This document shows positions 21,021-32,927 of a stretch of DNA of 64,000 nt, in pieces. Position numbers and translations under genes: made by a program. The stretch lies in assembly GCA_004764695.1 (NCBI GenBank), contig SMSO01000025.1:4132862-4196861 (forward strand), in the 5' to 3' direction. Below the pieces are notes generated by a model. That model was not told where the DNA came from and did no database searches. It worked only from the letters and a program-made list of their open reading frames with translations. This DNA comes from Schizochytrium sp. TIO01 (lineage: Eukaryota > Protista > Bigyra: Labyrinthulomycetes). The first letter of the stretch is position 1, and the number at the start of each line of letters is the position of its first letter.

Positions 21021-22352
21021 ATTTTCATTCGATGATGACTTGTTGAGTTTAGTAACTCATAAATTACTTGTAAAATGTTGAAACTATGGGGGATGGTTTG
21101 TTATCCAGGAACATCCATGTTCCCAGAATACTCTTGTTTGTATTTCTGAAGACAAGTGGGAATTCTCTTATTTGATCATCTCCAAAAACATTAGGTTAAC
21201 GTGTAAACGTCCCTACTACGTGTGAAAGATGTGAAGAAATCACATGCTCGACCTTCTTAATTGAATGGTTTTGGGTTTAGATGATGGTGGCGTCCCCTCA
21301 ACAACTAGGTCACTCAACATTTCTTTGAGAGTACAGACTTGTCACATGTAGGGTAAGAAGCCACTCCCACATGCCGTGCTAAGTCAGTACTAAAGAGTGT
21401 CGTCGTGATTAATGTCGAAATATAGAATTCAAAGAGTCCTTGAAGAGGTGCAGCTGTCGATGACATCCATGCATCGTACAAAAAAATTCGTTCAATTTAG
21501 AATAAGCGTACAGCTTTTAATTTTATATCGATAGCCTTGGCTTACTAAATTGTTTGTTTCAGTCATCTTCTTCAATATACTGAAGCTCTCAGTCTTGTCA
21601 ACGAGCCTCAATCCATTTGTGCGTTTTATTCTTCAATATCCACTCTCATCATTGGGAGCTTCTCCCCACCTTCTCTATACAAATCTGAGATTCGTATATT
21701 GTAGTTAGGTTGAGGTTGAACAAGCAATTAACAAAATATACAACAGCCTGGAAGTGGAAAGGGGGGTGGTTGCTTGAAGCAACCGTCGAAATCATTCTTG
21801 CATTTCTTTCTCTTTTCTTTTCTTCATTATTCTTAGTACCTAGGTTCATGCCTCCTTGCGGAGGCTAATCTCTGATTTTCTAGAGAACGACTGAAATGTT
21901 TAAAGACGGACACTTGAAAACCATGATGAAAACTTTAGAAGGCATTGCATACTTATACCCCTTAGCTTGTTGTGTGCTGACCTTGGATACCACGGCGGAA
22001 TGATTCATAATATTATAAGGAGGCTAAGACAGACTTGATTCGTGTTCCACATAAGTGAAGGTGTTATTTGAATCTGGAATCCTCTTTCATCCCTGGAGTC
22101 CAGCGTTATATCTGATTGTCTAGTGCTAGCTATATCATTTCTAAATTTTAATGGTTTATGATGTCTGCCAAGAACTTTACCAATCACTAACCCATACCAC
22201 CCTGCAATTAACTTTTGCTGCATTCACTCAGATGTTTTGAACCTCCCCTTGATGCGGTGAAGGCCTGTCCTAATGCAGAAGAGGACCTGGTGAGAAGCAT
22301 CATTTACGAGGTAGTTTCGCCTGAGTAGTTCTAATCCACCTCTGTTAACCCC

Positions 22353-24300
22353 TGTTAGAATATATTGAAGCAATATACAGCTACTGCCTAACCTCGCCTA
22401 ACCTCGCCTAACCTCGCCTAACCTAACCTAACCTGCCAAGCTCTCATGTCTGACAAATACTGTGTATTGGACTGACATCATACATTCATCCCTGCCTGTA
22501 TGCAGACCTGAAACCCCGATAACTCATATATCATCCTCTCTCTCTTTCTCCTGAGTTCGCCATCCTTGTCAGACTAACTCTGCACGCTTCACAGCACAAG
22601 CTACTCTGCAATAGGTTATGGGCCCAAGATACGCCAGGAAGACTCGAGCGGAGCAACTCGTTTCCTAGACTTCTTGAGATCAGAAGAACTCAACAGCAAA
22701 ATATCAAAACTTTCAGAACTTTCAGAAATACGACCGCCTATCAAAAAACTATATATCTATACAGTCCTCAAGAAAGTCAATATGATGGCAACAAGAAGAG
22801 CGATAAGCCCATGAAGAACCAAAGAGCTGCGAATCAAGCGGCGAACACCCGGAACCATAATCGGGACTCTGAGGAAGAAGCCCGAGAGCTAAGGAACCAA
22901 AATCGGGACTCTGACGAAGAAGTACGAAAGCTAAAAGAACGGTTAGCAGTGTATGAAAAGCTTTATGAAGAAAGTCAGAAGACGAAGGATCATTCCAATG
23001 ACTCCGACCATGATGATGACTCAGAAGACTTGAATGACGACTCTTCGAGCAAACGCCAGTCTCGCTCACGTTCCTCATCCACAATCAAGGATCGTATTTC
23101 CGACACCTTAATTGATAAAATCAACAAGATTCCTATGGGATGTTCTCTAAAACAGATGGAAGCAACTGGGATGTCTGGTCGGATGGAGTGATCCGAACCA
23201 TGGAGAATAAAGGATGTAGTCCTGAAATCATTGAAGCTACAACTGATCCTCATCTGCAATATCAATTAGATAGTGCACTTTACACACTGATCAAAGTACA
23301 AGCTGGTCCCGAACTTCAACAGAAAATTCAAACCCGATGTGGTGAAATTCGTAGAAAACAAGGCCGGACAATCTGGTCAGAACCTCAACTTGAATTTGCC
23401 AAACCACCTGGTCTGAAGAATCTTCAAAAGACTGAAGCATTTCACAGATGTTTTCAAAATATCTTGATAACTCATTAAAGTCCATGAATGCATCAGAACT
23501 ACAAGAGTAGCTCCGGGAACTTCACGATCACAGATGCAGCCTGCAAGCCACGAGCATGACTTTCGATGATTATTTGTTTCTCACAAGTCTTTTACCGCGT
23601 GTTTATTGCAAGGGTGCGAAAATACGTTCAATCTATAAGCAAGTAGTGCGTCTCACTCACTACAGTGCAGACTTATATACTAAGTTACGAGAGGCTGACC
23701 CTGAGGTTGTTAGTCAATACTTAACTTTTGCCAGTACAGATTCTGCTGGACACACTGAACCACACATCTACAAGCAAAATCTTTTCATCCTTCCCGGAAC
23801 AAGTTCAAGCGTCAAAAACGACCTACATTTCAAAGCACCAATTCCGGGGGAGCACAACAACCCTTTTCACGAAGAGATAAATGCTCACATTGTGGTCTAT
23901 CGAACCATGAAGAGGCAAATTGCAGATACTTATCACAAACATATCCTATCTGCAACCGAGTTGGACATTGACCTTCTACCTGTCCCAACAAACCACCGAG
24001 TCAGAATCAGTCGAACAATAAACGAAGACGTTCCTCTTCAACACCAAATGTACTAGGTCTTGCAGTAACAAAATCCCTTTTTGAATATGGACCTTTCACA
24101 GGAAATTACACTGTTCAATTTCTGACGATCGATCATCTAAAGTCAGAACCGAAGTCAGTAGAGACAACTACAGAAAATTTCCTACTAGATTCTGAATATA
24201 ACGTGCTCAAAGCCGTGCCAGACTTCGTAGGTTCATTTTCGTAATCAGAGTGATCTATCAAGCTAAAATTGATCTCAGAAAATTGGAATCTTTCTGTTGC
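22353..24300 (+). mobile_element. Truncated, degenerate Ty1/copia LTR retrotransposon (5' LTR ~22353-22613, PBS 22614-22626, frameshifted gag)
   Basis: TGTTAG...CAATA LTR-like segment followed directly by GGTTATGGGCCCA, the copia-type PBS. Broken ORFs at 22811-24056 include KTDGSNWDVWSDGVIRTMENKG, like the copia gag LxGxNyxxW motif. No pol or 3' LTR seen; 3' limit approximate. Confidence 0.7.
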
Positions 24301-25082
24301 TAGACTCGGCGTCCATGATGAACTTCATAAAAAATAGACACTCTGCTACTGTAGCTATTAGTAGCTTCTGAAATCCTAAAGCAAAGAATCACCAACAATA
24401 TGCACAATGTTGCGCTAGTAAGTTATGCCTCCTATCTTTTCTCTACCACACCTGTAACTTCCGTATGTAGCCAGCATTACGGCATAGTGCTCTGTGTGGC
24501 TTTCGCTCTAGCAGAATCTTTGAAAATCGTTGTACTGCCAACTGATCCATTAATTCTTTTTGTTCTAAGGAAGCATTAATGTACTCCATTCCATTTAGCC
24601 AATCATTTGGCTCTTTGTGTCTCGCAACTATTTCGAAGCTCACTCCTTCGTCACTAGCTACGTTGACTATAATATGATCCCTGGCCAAAAAGAACCTTCT
24701 GATTATCCGTGTCGAGCTCCTTAAACGCAGGCTTTTGATTGCCTTTCCACCCCATCAATCAAACCATCACAATTTTCTTGGTGCTTGAGTCGGCATGCAA
24801 CTTTAGTGCGCACGTGTTTCAAGAACCCTTTTTTCTTTCTTCTTGACGAGAACTCTTTAATGTTCTCTTGCAGATTCTGTACACTGTCTATCAGAGGGCT
24901 CGGACCTGAAAGAGTGGACTTTCTCAAGTTTTACGCAAGCGACTAGATGCTTTTTTCCAATGTAGAAGTAGTTTTCGTTTCACTTTATGCTGCACGCGCT
25001 GGTGATTACCATGTTAGTTTCACTAAAAAAGTTAAAAAAAAAGAGTACGCACCACACAATCGACGATTTTCTTCTCTTATTA

Positions 25083-25154
25083 TGGACACTCGGAGAATTG
25101 AACTCCGGACCTCCCGCATGCTAAGCGGGCGCTCTGCCACTGAGCTAAGCGCCC
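25083..25154 (-). tRNA. tRNA-Ala(AGC), C20 variant
   Basis: 72-nt body, GGCA D-loop. Confidence 0.97.
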
Positions 25155-25248
25155 AAGATTTGAAGATGACGGAGATTATTCAGTAATTCAATATGACTTG
25201 AATTTCACAAATTCTTTACTTTTAAAAATAGAAACACATCAAAAAAAT

Positions 25249-25320
25249 TGGACACTCGGAGAATTGAACTCCGGACCTCCCGCATGCTAAGCGGGCGCTC
25301 TGCCACTGAGCTAAGCGCCC
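25249..25320 (-). tRNA. tRNA-Ala(AGC), C20 variant
   Basis: 72-nt body, GGCA D-loop. Confidence 0.97.
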
Positions 25321-25414
25321 AAGATTTGAAGATGACGGAGATTATTCAGTAATTCAATATGACTTGAATTTCACAAATTCTTTACTTTTAAAAATAGAAA
25401 CACATCAAAAAAAT

Positions 25415-25486
25415 TGGACACTCGGAGAATTGAACTCCGGACCTCCCGCATGCTAAGCGGGCGCTCTACCACTGAGCTAAGCGCCC
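25415..25486 (-). tRNA. tRNA-Ala(AGC)
   Basis: Identical 72-nt body. Confidence 0.97.
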
Positions 25487-25583
25487 ATTTTGGTTGTTGG
25501 AAATATTTTCCAGTAGACATTATATTGCATTATGAGATTTTTTCTTTAAAAAAACAGTTAATTCAACATGATAAAAAAAAAAT

Positions 25584-25655
25584 TGGACACTCGGAGAATT
25601 GAACTCCGGACCTCCCGCATGCTAAGCGGGCGCTCTACCACTGAGCTAAGCGCCC
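25584..25655 (-). tRNA. tRNA-Ala(AGC)
   Basis: Identical 72-nt body. Confidence 0.97.
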
Positions 25656-25755
25656 AATTTTGGTTGGTGTGGCGAAAATTTCAATAGACGATATATCCCA
25701 CTTTAAGGTCTTCAGATTCAAAAAATAGATTTCATCCAACATGATGAAAAAGAAA

Positions 25756-25827
25756 TGGACACTCGGAGAATTGAACTCCGGACCTCCCGCATGCTAAGCG
25801 GGCGCTCTACCACTGAGCTAAGCGCCC
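25756..25827 (-). tRNA. tRNA-Ala(AGC)
   Basis: Identical 72-nt body. Confidence 0.97.
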
Positions 25828-25927
25828 AATTTCGGTTGGTGTGGCGAAAATTTCAATAGACGATATATCCCACTTTAAGGTCTTCAGATTCAAAAAAAAG
25901 ATTTCATCCAACATGATGAAAAAGAAA

Positions 25928-25999
25928 TGGACACTCGGAGAATTGAACTCCGGACCTCCCGCATGCTAAGCGGGCGCTCTACCACTGAGCTAAGCGCCC
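25928..25999 (-). tRNA. tRNA-Ala(AGC)
   Basis: Identical 72-nt body. Confidence 0.97.
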
Positions 26000-26722
26000 A
26001 AGATTTGAAGATGAAGTTAAGTCGGTGAAAGAATATTATATATTTGAATCTGTAACTTGAGGCACCACGTCTGCTAAGGGCTAAATGTACAATATCAAAT
26101 TATAAATCATGAATTTGTATTCTTCAGTGGTTTAACAAAGGCTTTCATACAATGATTAGTATTTAATGACCCAAAAGAAATAAAACCATTTTACAAGTGT
26201 ACCGAATACTTGTCTTATACATTCAAAACTGATATAACATTTTCCTCGTCTTGGCAGAACAGCCAAGGGAGCATGCATAGCCTGAGAGTTCCTTACTTTT
26301 AAAACATGAATCAACACCTCATGCAAGCAAAACACCAAACGCCAAAGCAAAAATAATTGTGTAATGGGGCTAGGACAGCATGTTTACTTGTATCAGAATG
26401 AGCTTTACCCTGACAAAACGAACAGTATCTGACCGTGACTGGTACGAGTCATTTTTATCATTTGTTCATTTATTTTTTAAGCATGCCGGGACAGATGTAT
26501 CGCCACACTTGTGGCGCTGCAATCTTTACGTACATCTCCTCTAAAGACCACTCAAGATAAACAAACACCTTGTGTTCAATGCATTGTTTTGTTCTTTTAT
26601 TATTCTCAATTTTTAATGGTAGCTGAAATTATGTTGTTTGATATTTTAAGAGTATACATTATTACAAAAAAAAAAAATATTAAAAAAGGTAATATATGTA
26701 TATATATATTCGTCACCATGTT

Positions 26723-26794
26723 TGGACACTCGGAGAATTGAACTCCGGACCTCCCGCATGCTAAGCGGGCGCTCTGCCACTGAGCTAAGCGCCC
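26723..26794 (-). tRNA. tRNA-Ala(AGC), C20 variant
   Basis: 72-nt body, GGCA D-loop. Confidence 0.96.
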
Positions 26795-27305
26795 AATCTT
26801 CGAACAAGATGCTTTCGGATGTTGCAAACCTGTTGTTCTAGCTAGAGATTCCATAGAAGAAAAAAAAAATAAAAAAATATCAAGGGTACATGTTTTGGAA
26901 TAAAATAGAGAAATAGACATCCGGAGATCAGGTACTTGTGCGGTCCCGATTTGCTGTAGATGTTGATACCCTGGTCATATTCCAATGATGAATAAGTCTT
27001 CTCTTGATGTTTGGAAAAGAGAGACAGCTTCTATGACTGGTGAATCACAGTTATTGATTATGTCAGCATGTCTACCAGAAGCATGAGAACCACCAAACCA
27101 CTGGCACCCACCACAGAAGTTTGAAAAAATAAAATTTGTTCGAAGTTGAAATTATTATTGGTATTTTTATTAACCTATCAGATATATAAATAAATGCTCT
27201 ATATTGCTAAGATACATATTAAACTATATAGGCATATACATACCTTCTTTTGTGTGTAATATTTAATATTTTAAAAAAAGAGTTTAGTTTCCCATGAATT
27301 CAAGT

Positions 27306-27377
27306 TGGACACTCGGAGAATTGAACTCCGGACCTCCCGCATGCTAAGCGGGCGCTCTGCCACTGAGCTAAGCGCCC
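27306..27377 (-). tRNA. tRNA-Ala(AGC), C20 variant
   Basis: 72-nt body, GGCA D-loop. Confidence 0.96.
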
Positions 27378-27485
27378 AATTCTATCAGATGACAATAACT
27401 TCTCAGTGATTCAATATCAAATGATTTTTACACTTCTTCCACTTTAAAAAAAAGTAACTCATTAAAGAGTAAACTCAAAAAGATA

Positions 27486-27557
27486 TGGACACTCGGAGAA
27501 TTGAACTCCGGACCTCCCGCATGCTAAGCGGGCGCTCTACCACTGAGCTAAGCGCCC
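27486..27557 (-). tRNA. tRNA-Ala(AGC)
   Basis: Identical 72-nt body. Confidence 0.97.
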
Positions 27558-30500
27558 ATGTATGATCTGAATGTTCTGATTGAATTTGATAATCAAATAT
27601 AAAGGTATTCCAGATTCCTATATACTACACATTTTACATCGATGAGTGTACACGATGAGGAATCAGGTCGGCTCATACAGCTAGTGTTTTATCAATAGGT
27701 AAGAGTTAGACCTTAGAATTGTAGATCAGTACAAACAAAGCTACACTATTCATGTTTGCTTAACAAATATGCTTTTTTATACCACTCACTCAATATTAAT
27801 TGGATTGAATTTGAGTTTAGTGCGTCCCAAGGATGCTCCAAATGCAGTACGTACTGAGAATGCTCGTTGAGCGATATACCTACCTGTGGTTTCCTTCTAT
27901 TGGTCTCGGAAATGCACTCTCACAGTCGTCTTCCACTTGTGATATCTCTCAGTCTCATGTTATAGCAAAACGCTGGGTGCTATCGGCGAATGCTTGAGTA
28001 TGAAACCAGATGCTTGTCAACCTGAAAAAGACTCAGCAGGCTTTCTGAACTGAAGTTCGTAGCCTTCTCGCCCAGAATTTAACCTTTCAATGTGCATTTG
28101 TTCGTATCGAATCCTATACCTAAGAGCGACAGTATTCGTTTTGATGGAACAAAAGAGTTTTGGTTATTCTATTTCGTCTGTCATTAACGCAGGTTTCAAA
28201 TTTCTAAACCCTATTGAAAATGTCTATAGGCTGTGACCGTGGATTCCTTGACTAATCCATCACGTATCAGGGTTATTCTAGCCTTAACTCTAAACATAGC
28301 CTTGTTTCGAAGTCTATACTCCAATAGATAGAAAGATCATTTTCGCAATCGTGTCCTCCTGAATAGGGCAGTGGGCGTCATGTCCATGGTAAAGATGTCA
28401 TTTTATAAGTAACGTCAGATATAAACTGATTTGCGTTCGCTTCTTCGTTATCCTCAGCGGAAGGATTAGAAACAAGCTCCTGAAGTTTACTCAATATCCA
28501 ACATTAAAAGATTCATGCTGCTCAGCATGGTTTTCGAAAACTTCGACAGTATACAATGTATGTATAAAGCTTGTTTTCTTTGGTCTCACTCCTGGAAATG
28601 TGCAATATGATATGATGCAAATGAAGAGCTGATTCATTTAAAAGGTTCTCCATCATATAATCAACTGCCGTCAAGAGCTTGGTATTTGAAAATTGTTGAT
28701 GCCAACAATTGAACTGCTTGACAATCACCAATAGGCTTGATGCGAAGAATGGATGCCTGACAGGCTGCTTTATATTGTTGTGGAAGTGCAACTGACTCGT
28801 ATGAATCGAGGTGCTTTCTGATGACCCCATGAAGGATATCATTTTATATGGGGACGAACGTGAATCGCAAGAAGCTCGTACTGCGTCGAAGCATACCCTT
28901 CTGACAACAGAGCGCTTTAGAGTGATCTATTGTGTAGGATTTCCTGAAAGTCGTTCCGGGCTTTTGCCAGACTTTTACCCCCACGGAGATCTTTTGGCCT
29001 TGGAACACTGAATTCAGACAAGCTAAACTCATAGACTCAACTATAATGGTGAGCCTCCTTTTTAACCTCACAATGTTCTGTCTTTGAGTATGCGGCAAGT
29101 TTCCACAAATCAGTCAGCTTCTTTAGAAGTTGACTTTGGGTTCAATGCTTGACATCCAATATCCAATGTAACGTATGAGCTGGACGGATGAATGATGCGT
29201 GCAGCATTGCTAGCAATTGTTTTGAAGACATTCTTTATGCAGACTGCGCTGGAGATAAGAGTGAGTCACGGCCAGATAAATATCGTCCTACAAGGGGTGA
29301 GACTCGCACTAATATCCTGAAATAACTAGAAAGCAGCACAGTGGTCATCGACTACGGCGCTCCACGAGTTCAATGGGCAGATGCTGACAAGCTCAACCTT
29401 CTTTAAGGGGGCGAGTGGCGCATCTATTGCTTTAGCCTGGGTTTTGCGAAGACCGGCATTCTCAGAACTTCGTTCTTTCGGATGAATTCTTTGATTCTAT
29501 ATATTTAAAACACTTCCATCATTGTTTTCTGTAAAGGTTGTTCTTGACCCAGTTTTACCACTCAAGACATGGTTTGTTTCTTTGCTAGTTATGTCAACTG
29601 CAGCGAGCTTCCAGGGCGAAACAAACACTTTGTTGAGGCGAGGCACAGAAAATGCTCTATGGTTTCAAGTTGAATCGACTTTGGCGTCATTGTTGAGGCT
29701 TGGTGCTGGGATTTCTGCTATTCACACTCTTGGGTCTAGACCCTGCGCTGCTCAAATGACACCTCGTGCTCAGGATAATTGCATTCAGAACGCGATCATA
29801 AACCACAACGATTTCATCGGCATTCAGTGACCTTACAGGCGCATGTAAAACCCATGTCCTACTCTATTTTATGCATCAGCCACTTTTTTTAACATGCGCA
29901 GCACCTCTAAGAATCTGTCTTCGATTGTTTAACCAAAACAATCAACCTTATTCAAGGTGACCATGGCGAGGCATATTAATTGACTGCCCACTTATCAGGC
30001 GTAATTTTTAGCAACGTCTAGCACTGGTTTGTGCCACTCGACGGGATAACGTGCCGTTGTCAGTTAAGTAATGAGTATTCTAAAAGGGCCAATGGACCAG
30101 CAATTGACCATACCAGCTCACTCGGGGCTACATCTTACACTACCAACCCCCACCCCAAGCAGGAAAGCAGGAACTATAAATTATAAGGTTCTCAAGTCTA
30201 CCACTTTCTCACGTTCCGTATTTCTTATTTATTCTTTTAATTTTTATAATACCTTTTTTAATATTAAAATAAAGTAATTAAATGACGCCTGAGAAATTAT
30301 TAATAAAATAATAATAATAATAAATTCTTTTTAAAATTCATTTTTAAACTTTAAATCAACAAATATATTTAGTCACTCTATCTATATTAATTTTTTGTAG
30401 TTCTCCCTAGTTGAAAGCTTTAATGATCTATACTGTTAGTCTACGGAAGTCTGTCCTAAGAATATCATTGTCTTCAATCGAGGTTTTCACTTTTGCGAAG

Positions 30501-30591
30501 ATTTACGTCAGAAGTATTCCTGTCGATACTCATCATAATTCTATTATCTCTATTCTTTATATTGGTGTACTGGAGATTGAAATGCTATATT

Positions 30592-30663
30592 GGGCGCTTA
30601 GCTCAGTGGCAGAGTGTCTGCTTCGCATGCAGAATGTCCAGGGTTCAATTCCCTGAGTGTCCA
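30592..30663 (+). tRNA. tRNA-Ala(CGC)
   Basis: GGGCGCTTAGCTCAGTGGCAGAGTGTCTGCTTCGCATGCAGAATGTCCAGGGTTCAATTCCCTGAGTGTCCA; cloverleaf, anticodon CGC, G3:U70. Confidence 0.96.
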
Positions 30664-30755
30664 TAAATTTCTTTACTTTTTACTTTAAAAAGTTTTTACA
30701 TTCCACGATTTTGCGATAGTTTAGGTATCTGCGTAGGATTTTCATTCAATATCTT

Positions 30756-30827
30756 GGGCGCTTAGCTCAGTGGCAGAGTGTCTGCTTCGCATGCAGAATG
30801 TCCAGGGTTCAATTCCCTGAGTGTCCA
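30756..30827 (+). tRNA. tRNA-Ala(CGC)
   Basis: Identical to the 30592 copy; T-run follows. Confidence 0.96.
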
Positions 30828-30920
30828 TTCTTTTTGTAGTTTCTATCTATGTTTTTAACATAAGAAAGTTAGCAAAGTATAAATTATCTATTGCCAAGTC
30901 CTCCTTCAACAACCAAACTA

Positions 30921-30992
30921 GGGCGCTTAGCTCAGTGGTAGAGCGCCCGCTTAGCATGCGGGAGGTCCGGAGTTCAATTCTCCGAGTGTCCA
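30921..30992 (+). tRNA. tRNA-Ala(AGC)
   Basis: 72-nt body on + strand. Confidence 0.97.
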
Positions 30993-31091
30993 TTTATCTT
31001 TTTCTTCTGGACAAAATGTTCTTTTAGAATTTGAATATCCCATCACGGTATATATTGTCTACTCCAAATTTGTACCATCAAGAACGAAATT

Positions 31092-31163
31092 GGGCGCTTA
31101 GCTCAGTGGTAGAGCGCCCGCTTAGCATGCGGGAGGTCCGGAGTTCAATTCTCCGAGTGTCCA
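31092..31163 (+). tRNA. tRNA-Ala(AGC)
   Basis: 72-nt body on + strand. Confidence 0.97.
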
Positions 31164-31684
31164 TCTCTTTTTCGAACTTTCTCGTTGTTACTCTATTTTT
31201 ATATACACATATATAGGATATAATTTTTTATTTTTGTTTTTTAACTTTTGTTCTTTTTCTTTAAGTTGAAAGTCACTGAACAGACTAATATTTTGTTGTT
31301 GTTACGTTGTGTTACCTAGGAAGGTTAACGAAACGTGGCTTCTAGCCTTGAACTTTGCACAGCATAACAACCTCCCACTTAAGAAAAGACTTAACACCTG
31401 CATTTCCATCAAAGTTGACAGGACGTTTTGTTTGATGGTCATAAACTCCAAGAGTGAACGTTGTTATTCCAGAGAATTCTTTGTAAAAGTAGGAACAAAT
31501 TCATCTTTGCTGTTTCTAATTGGAGGCACGGTTAGGGTCTAAAATAAGACTGTCACTAACTAATTGGATAGCGGGTCTTTTAATTTAAAAAAATAGATGA
31601 AAGTGACACATCTCAGAACCCCATCGTCTCATTTCGAAAAGAATGAACTTAATTAACATACCTGAAAAGGAGTAAAAAGTACAC

Positions 31685-31756
31685 TGGACACTCAGGGAAT
31701 TGAACCCTGGACATTCTGCATGCGAAGCAGACACTCTACCACTGAGCTAAGCGCCC
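31685..31756 (-). tRNA. tRNA-Ala(CGC), U20 variant
   Basis: Reverse complement of the CGC body with GGTA D-loop. Confidence 0.96.
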
Positions 31757-31847
31757 AAGATATTGAATGAAAATCCTATGCAGATACCTAAACTATCGCA
31801 AAATCGCGGAATGTAAAAACTTTTTAAAGTAAAAAGTAAAAGGTTTA

Positions 31848-31919
31848 TGGACACTCAGGGAATTGAACCCTGGACATTCTGCATGCGAAGCAGACACTCT
31901 GCCACTGAGCTAAGCGCCC
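31848..31919 (-). tRNA. tRNA-Ala(CGC)
   Basis: Reverse complement of the CGC body. Confidence 0.96.
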
Positions 31920-32182
31920 AATATGACATCTATTTGTCAAGTGGACGTATATATAATATCTATATTTGGATGTTTATGCAAATAAGATTTTATTAAAAAA
32001 AAACCTGCCTACTAGTAGTTTTTAGATTCGAAACAATGATTAAAACTAATTCTCCACTGCCAATTGGATGAAAACTCGCGCATATGTATATAACAATTGC
32101 GAAATTGAAGACAATGCTGTAAGAATGGCTATTCTCTCATCATCAATATGATGATGAGGGGGGGAAATATTTCAAAAAGAAT

Positions 32183-32254
32183 TGGACACTCGGAGAATTG
32201 AACTCCGGACCTCCCGCATGCTAAGCGGGCGCTCTACCACTGAGCTAAGCGCCC
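32183..32254 (-). tRNA. tRNA-Ala(AGC)
   Basis: Identical 72-nt body. Confidence 0.97.
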
Positions 32255-32352
32255 TAGTTTGGTTGTTGAAGGAAGACTTGGAGTAGACATTATATTGAGT
32301 AATGAGGTATTCAAACTCAATAAGAACATTTCGCATACCAGAAAAAAAGAAA

Positions 32353-32424
32353 TGGACACTCGGAGAATTGAACTCCGGACCTCCCGCATGCTAAGCGGGC
32401 GCTCTACCACTGAGCTAAGCGCCC
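32353..32424 (-). tRNA. tRNA-Ala(AGC)
   Basis: Identical 72-nt body. Confidence 0.97.
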
Positions 32425-32927
32425 TATTCTGGTTGATGTCCATCTTCTTTGGTATGATGAATATAAACATTACATTGTCAAAGTGCACAAATTATACACT
32501 CACTACTTTTTCCGAAGAGGCTCAATCCATTCTCTTTTTTAATTGAAAGTTTTATTCAAGCATTTAGAGCTTTAAAGCGCCTGCTCTTCCGCACCGAAAC
32601 TCTTTATGGCATGCTTCATATGAACAATATCCTACTTCTTTTGAAGAACGTGCTGCACAAGGATGCCAGTGTGGCTTCAGGAGCGAAGCTCTTGTGAGCG
32701 TCAGCAGTTGAACATATATGTTGCAAATAGGTGTTACTATAGCAATAATTCAAGCATCCTTGCAGAGCTAGTCAGCTGGATTTGTGAGTCTGTGCTGGTG
32801 CAAACAAACAAACCTGGAATGCCCAAAGCTTGGGTTAGTTGAATGAAATCGCGTGCGGGATCCCTTCAAGGTCCGTGAGGCAAGGAGAATTGAGGAATCG
32901 TCGACTGCCTTACACTTAAACGAGACT

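Noticed and set aside
25083-25999. CRISPR-like look of identical repeats with unique, similar-length spacers (also at 4.5-5.1 kb and 20-21 kb)
   Set aside because: The repeats are complete 72-nt tRNA-Ala genes, the spacers are ~95-bp AT-rich flanks related to each other, there are no cas genes, and the context is eukaryotic.
27700-29500. Coding-like but stop-riddled segments (also 1-1100, 2900-3500, 24443-24927, 39330-39900, 42540-43400)
   Set aside because: They may be decayed genes or transposons, but I recognised no diagnostic motif; they need BLASTx or RepeatMasker.
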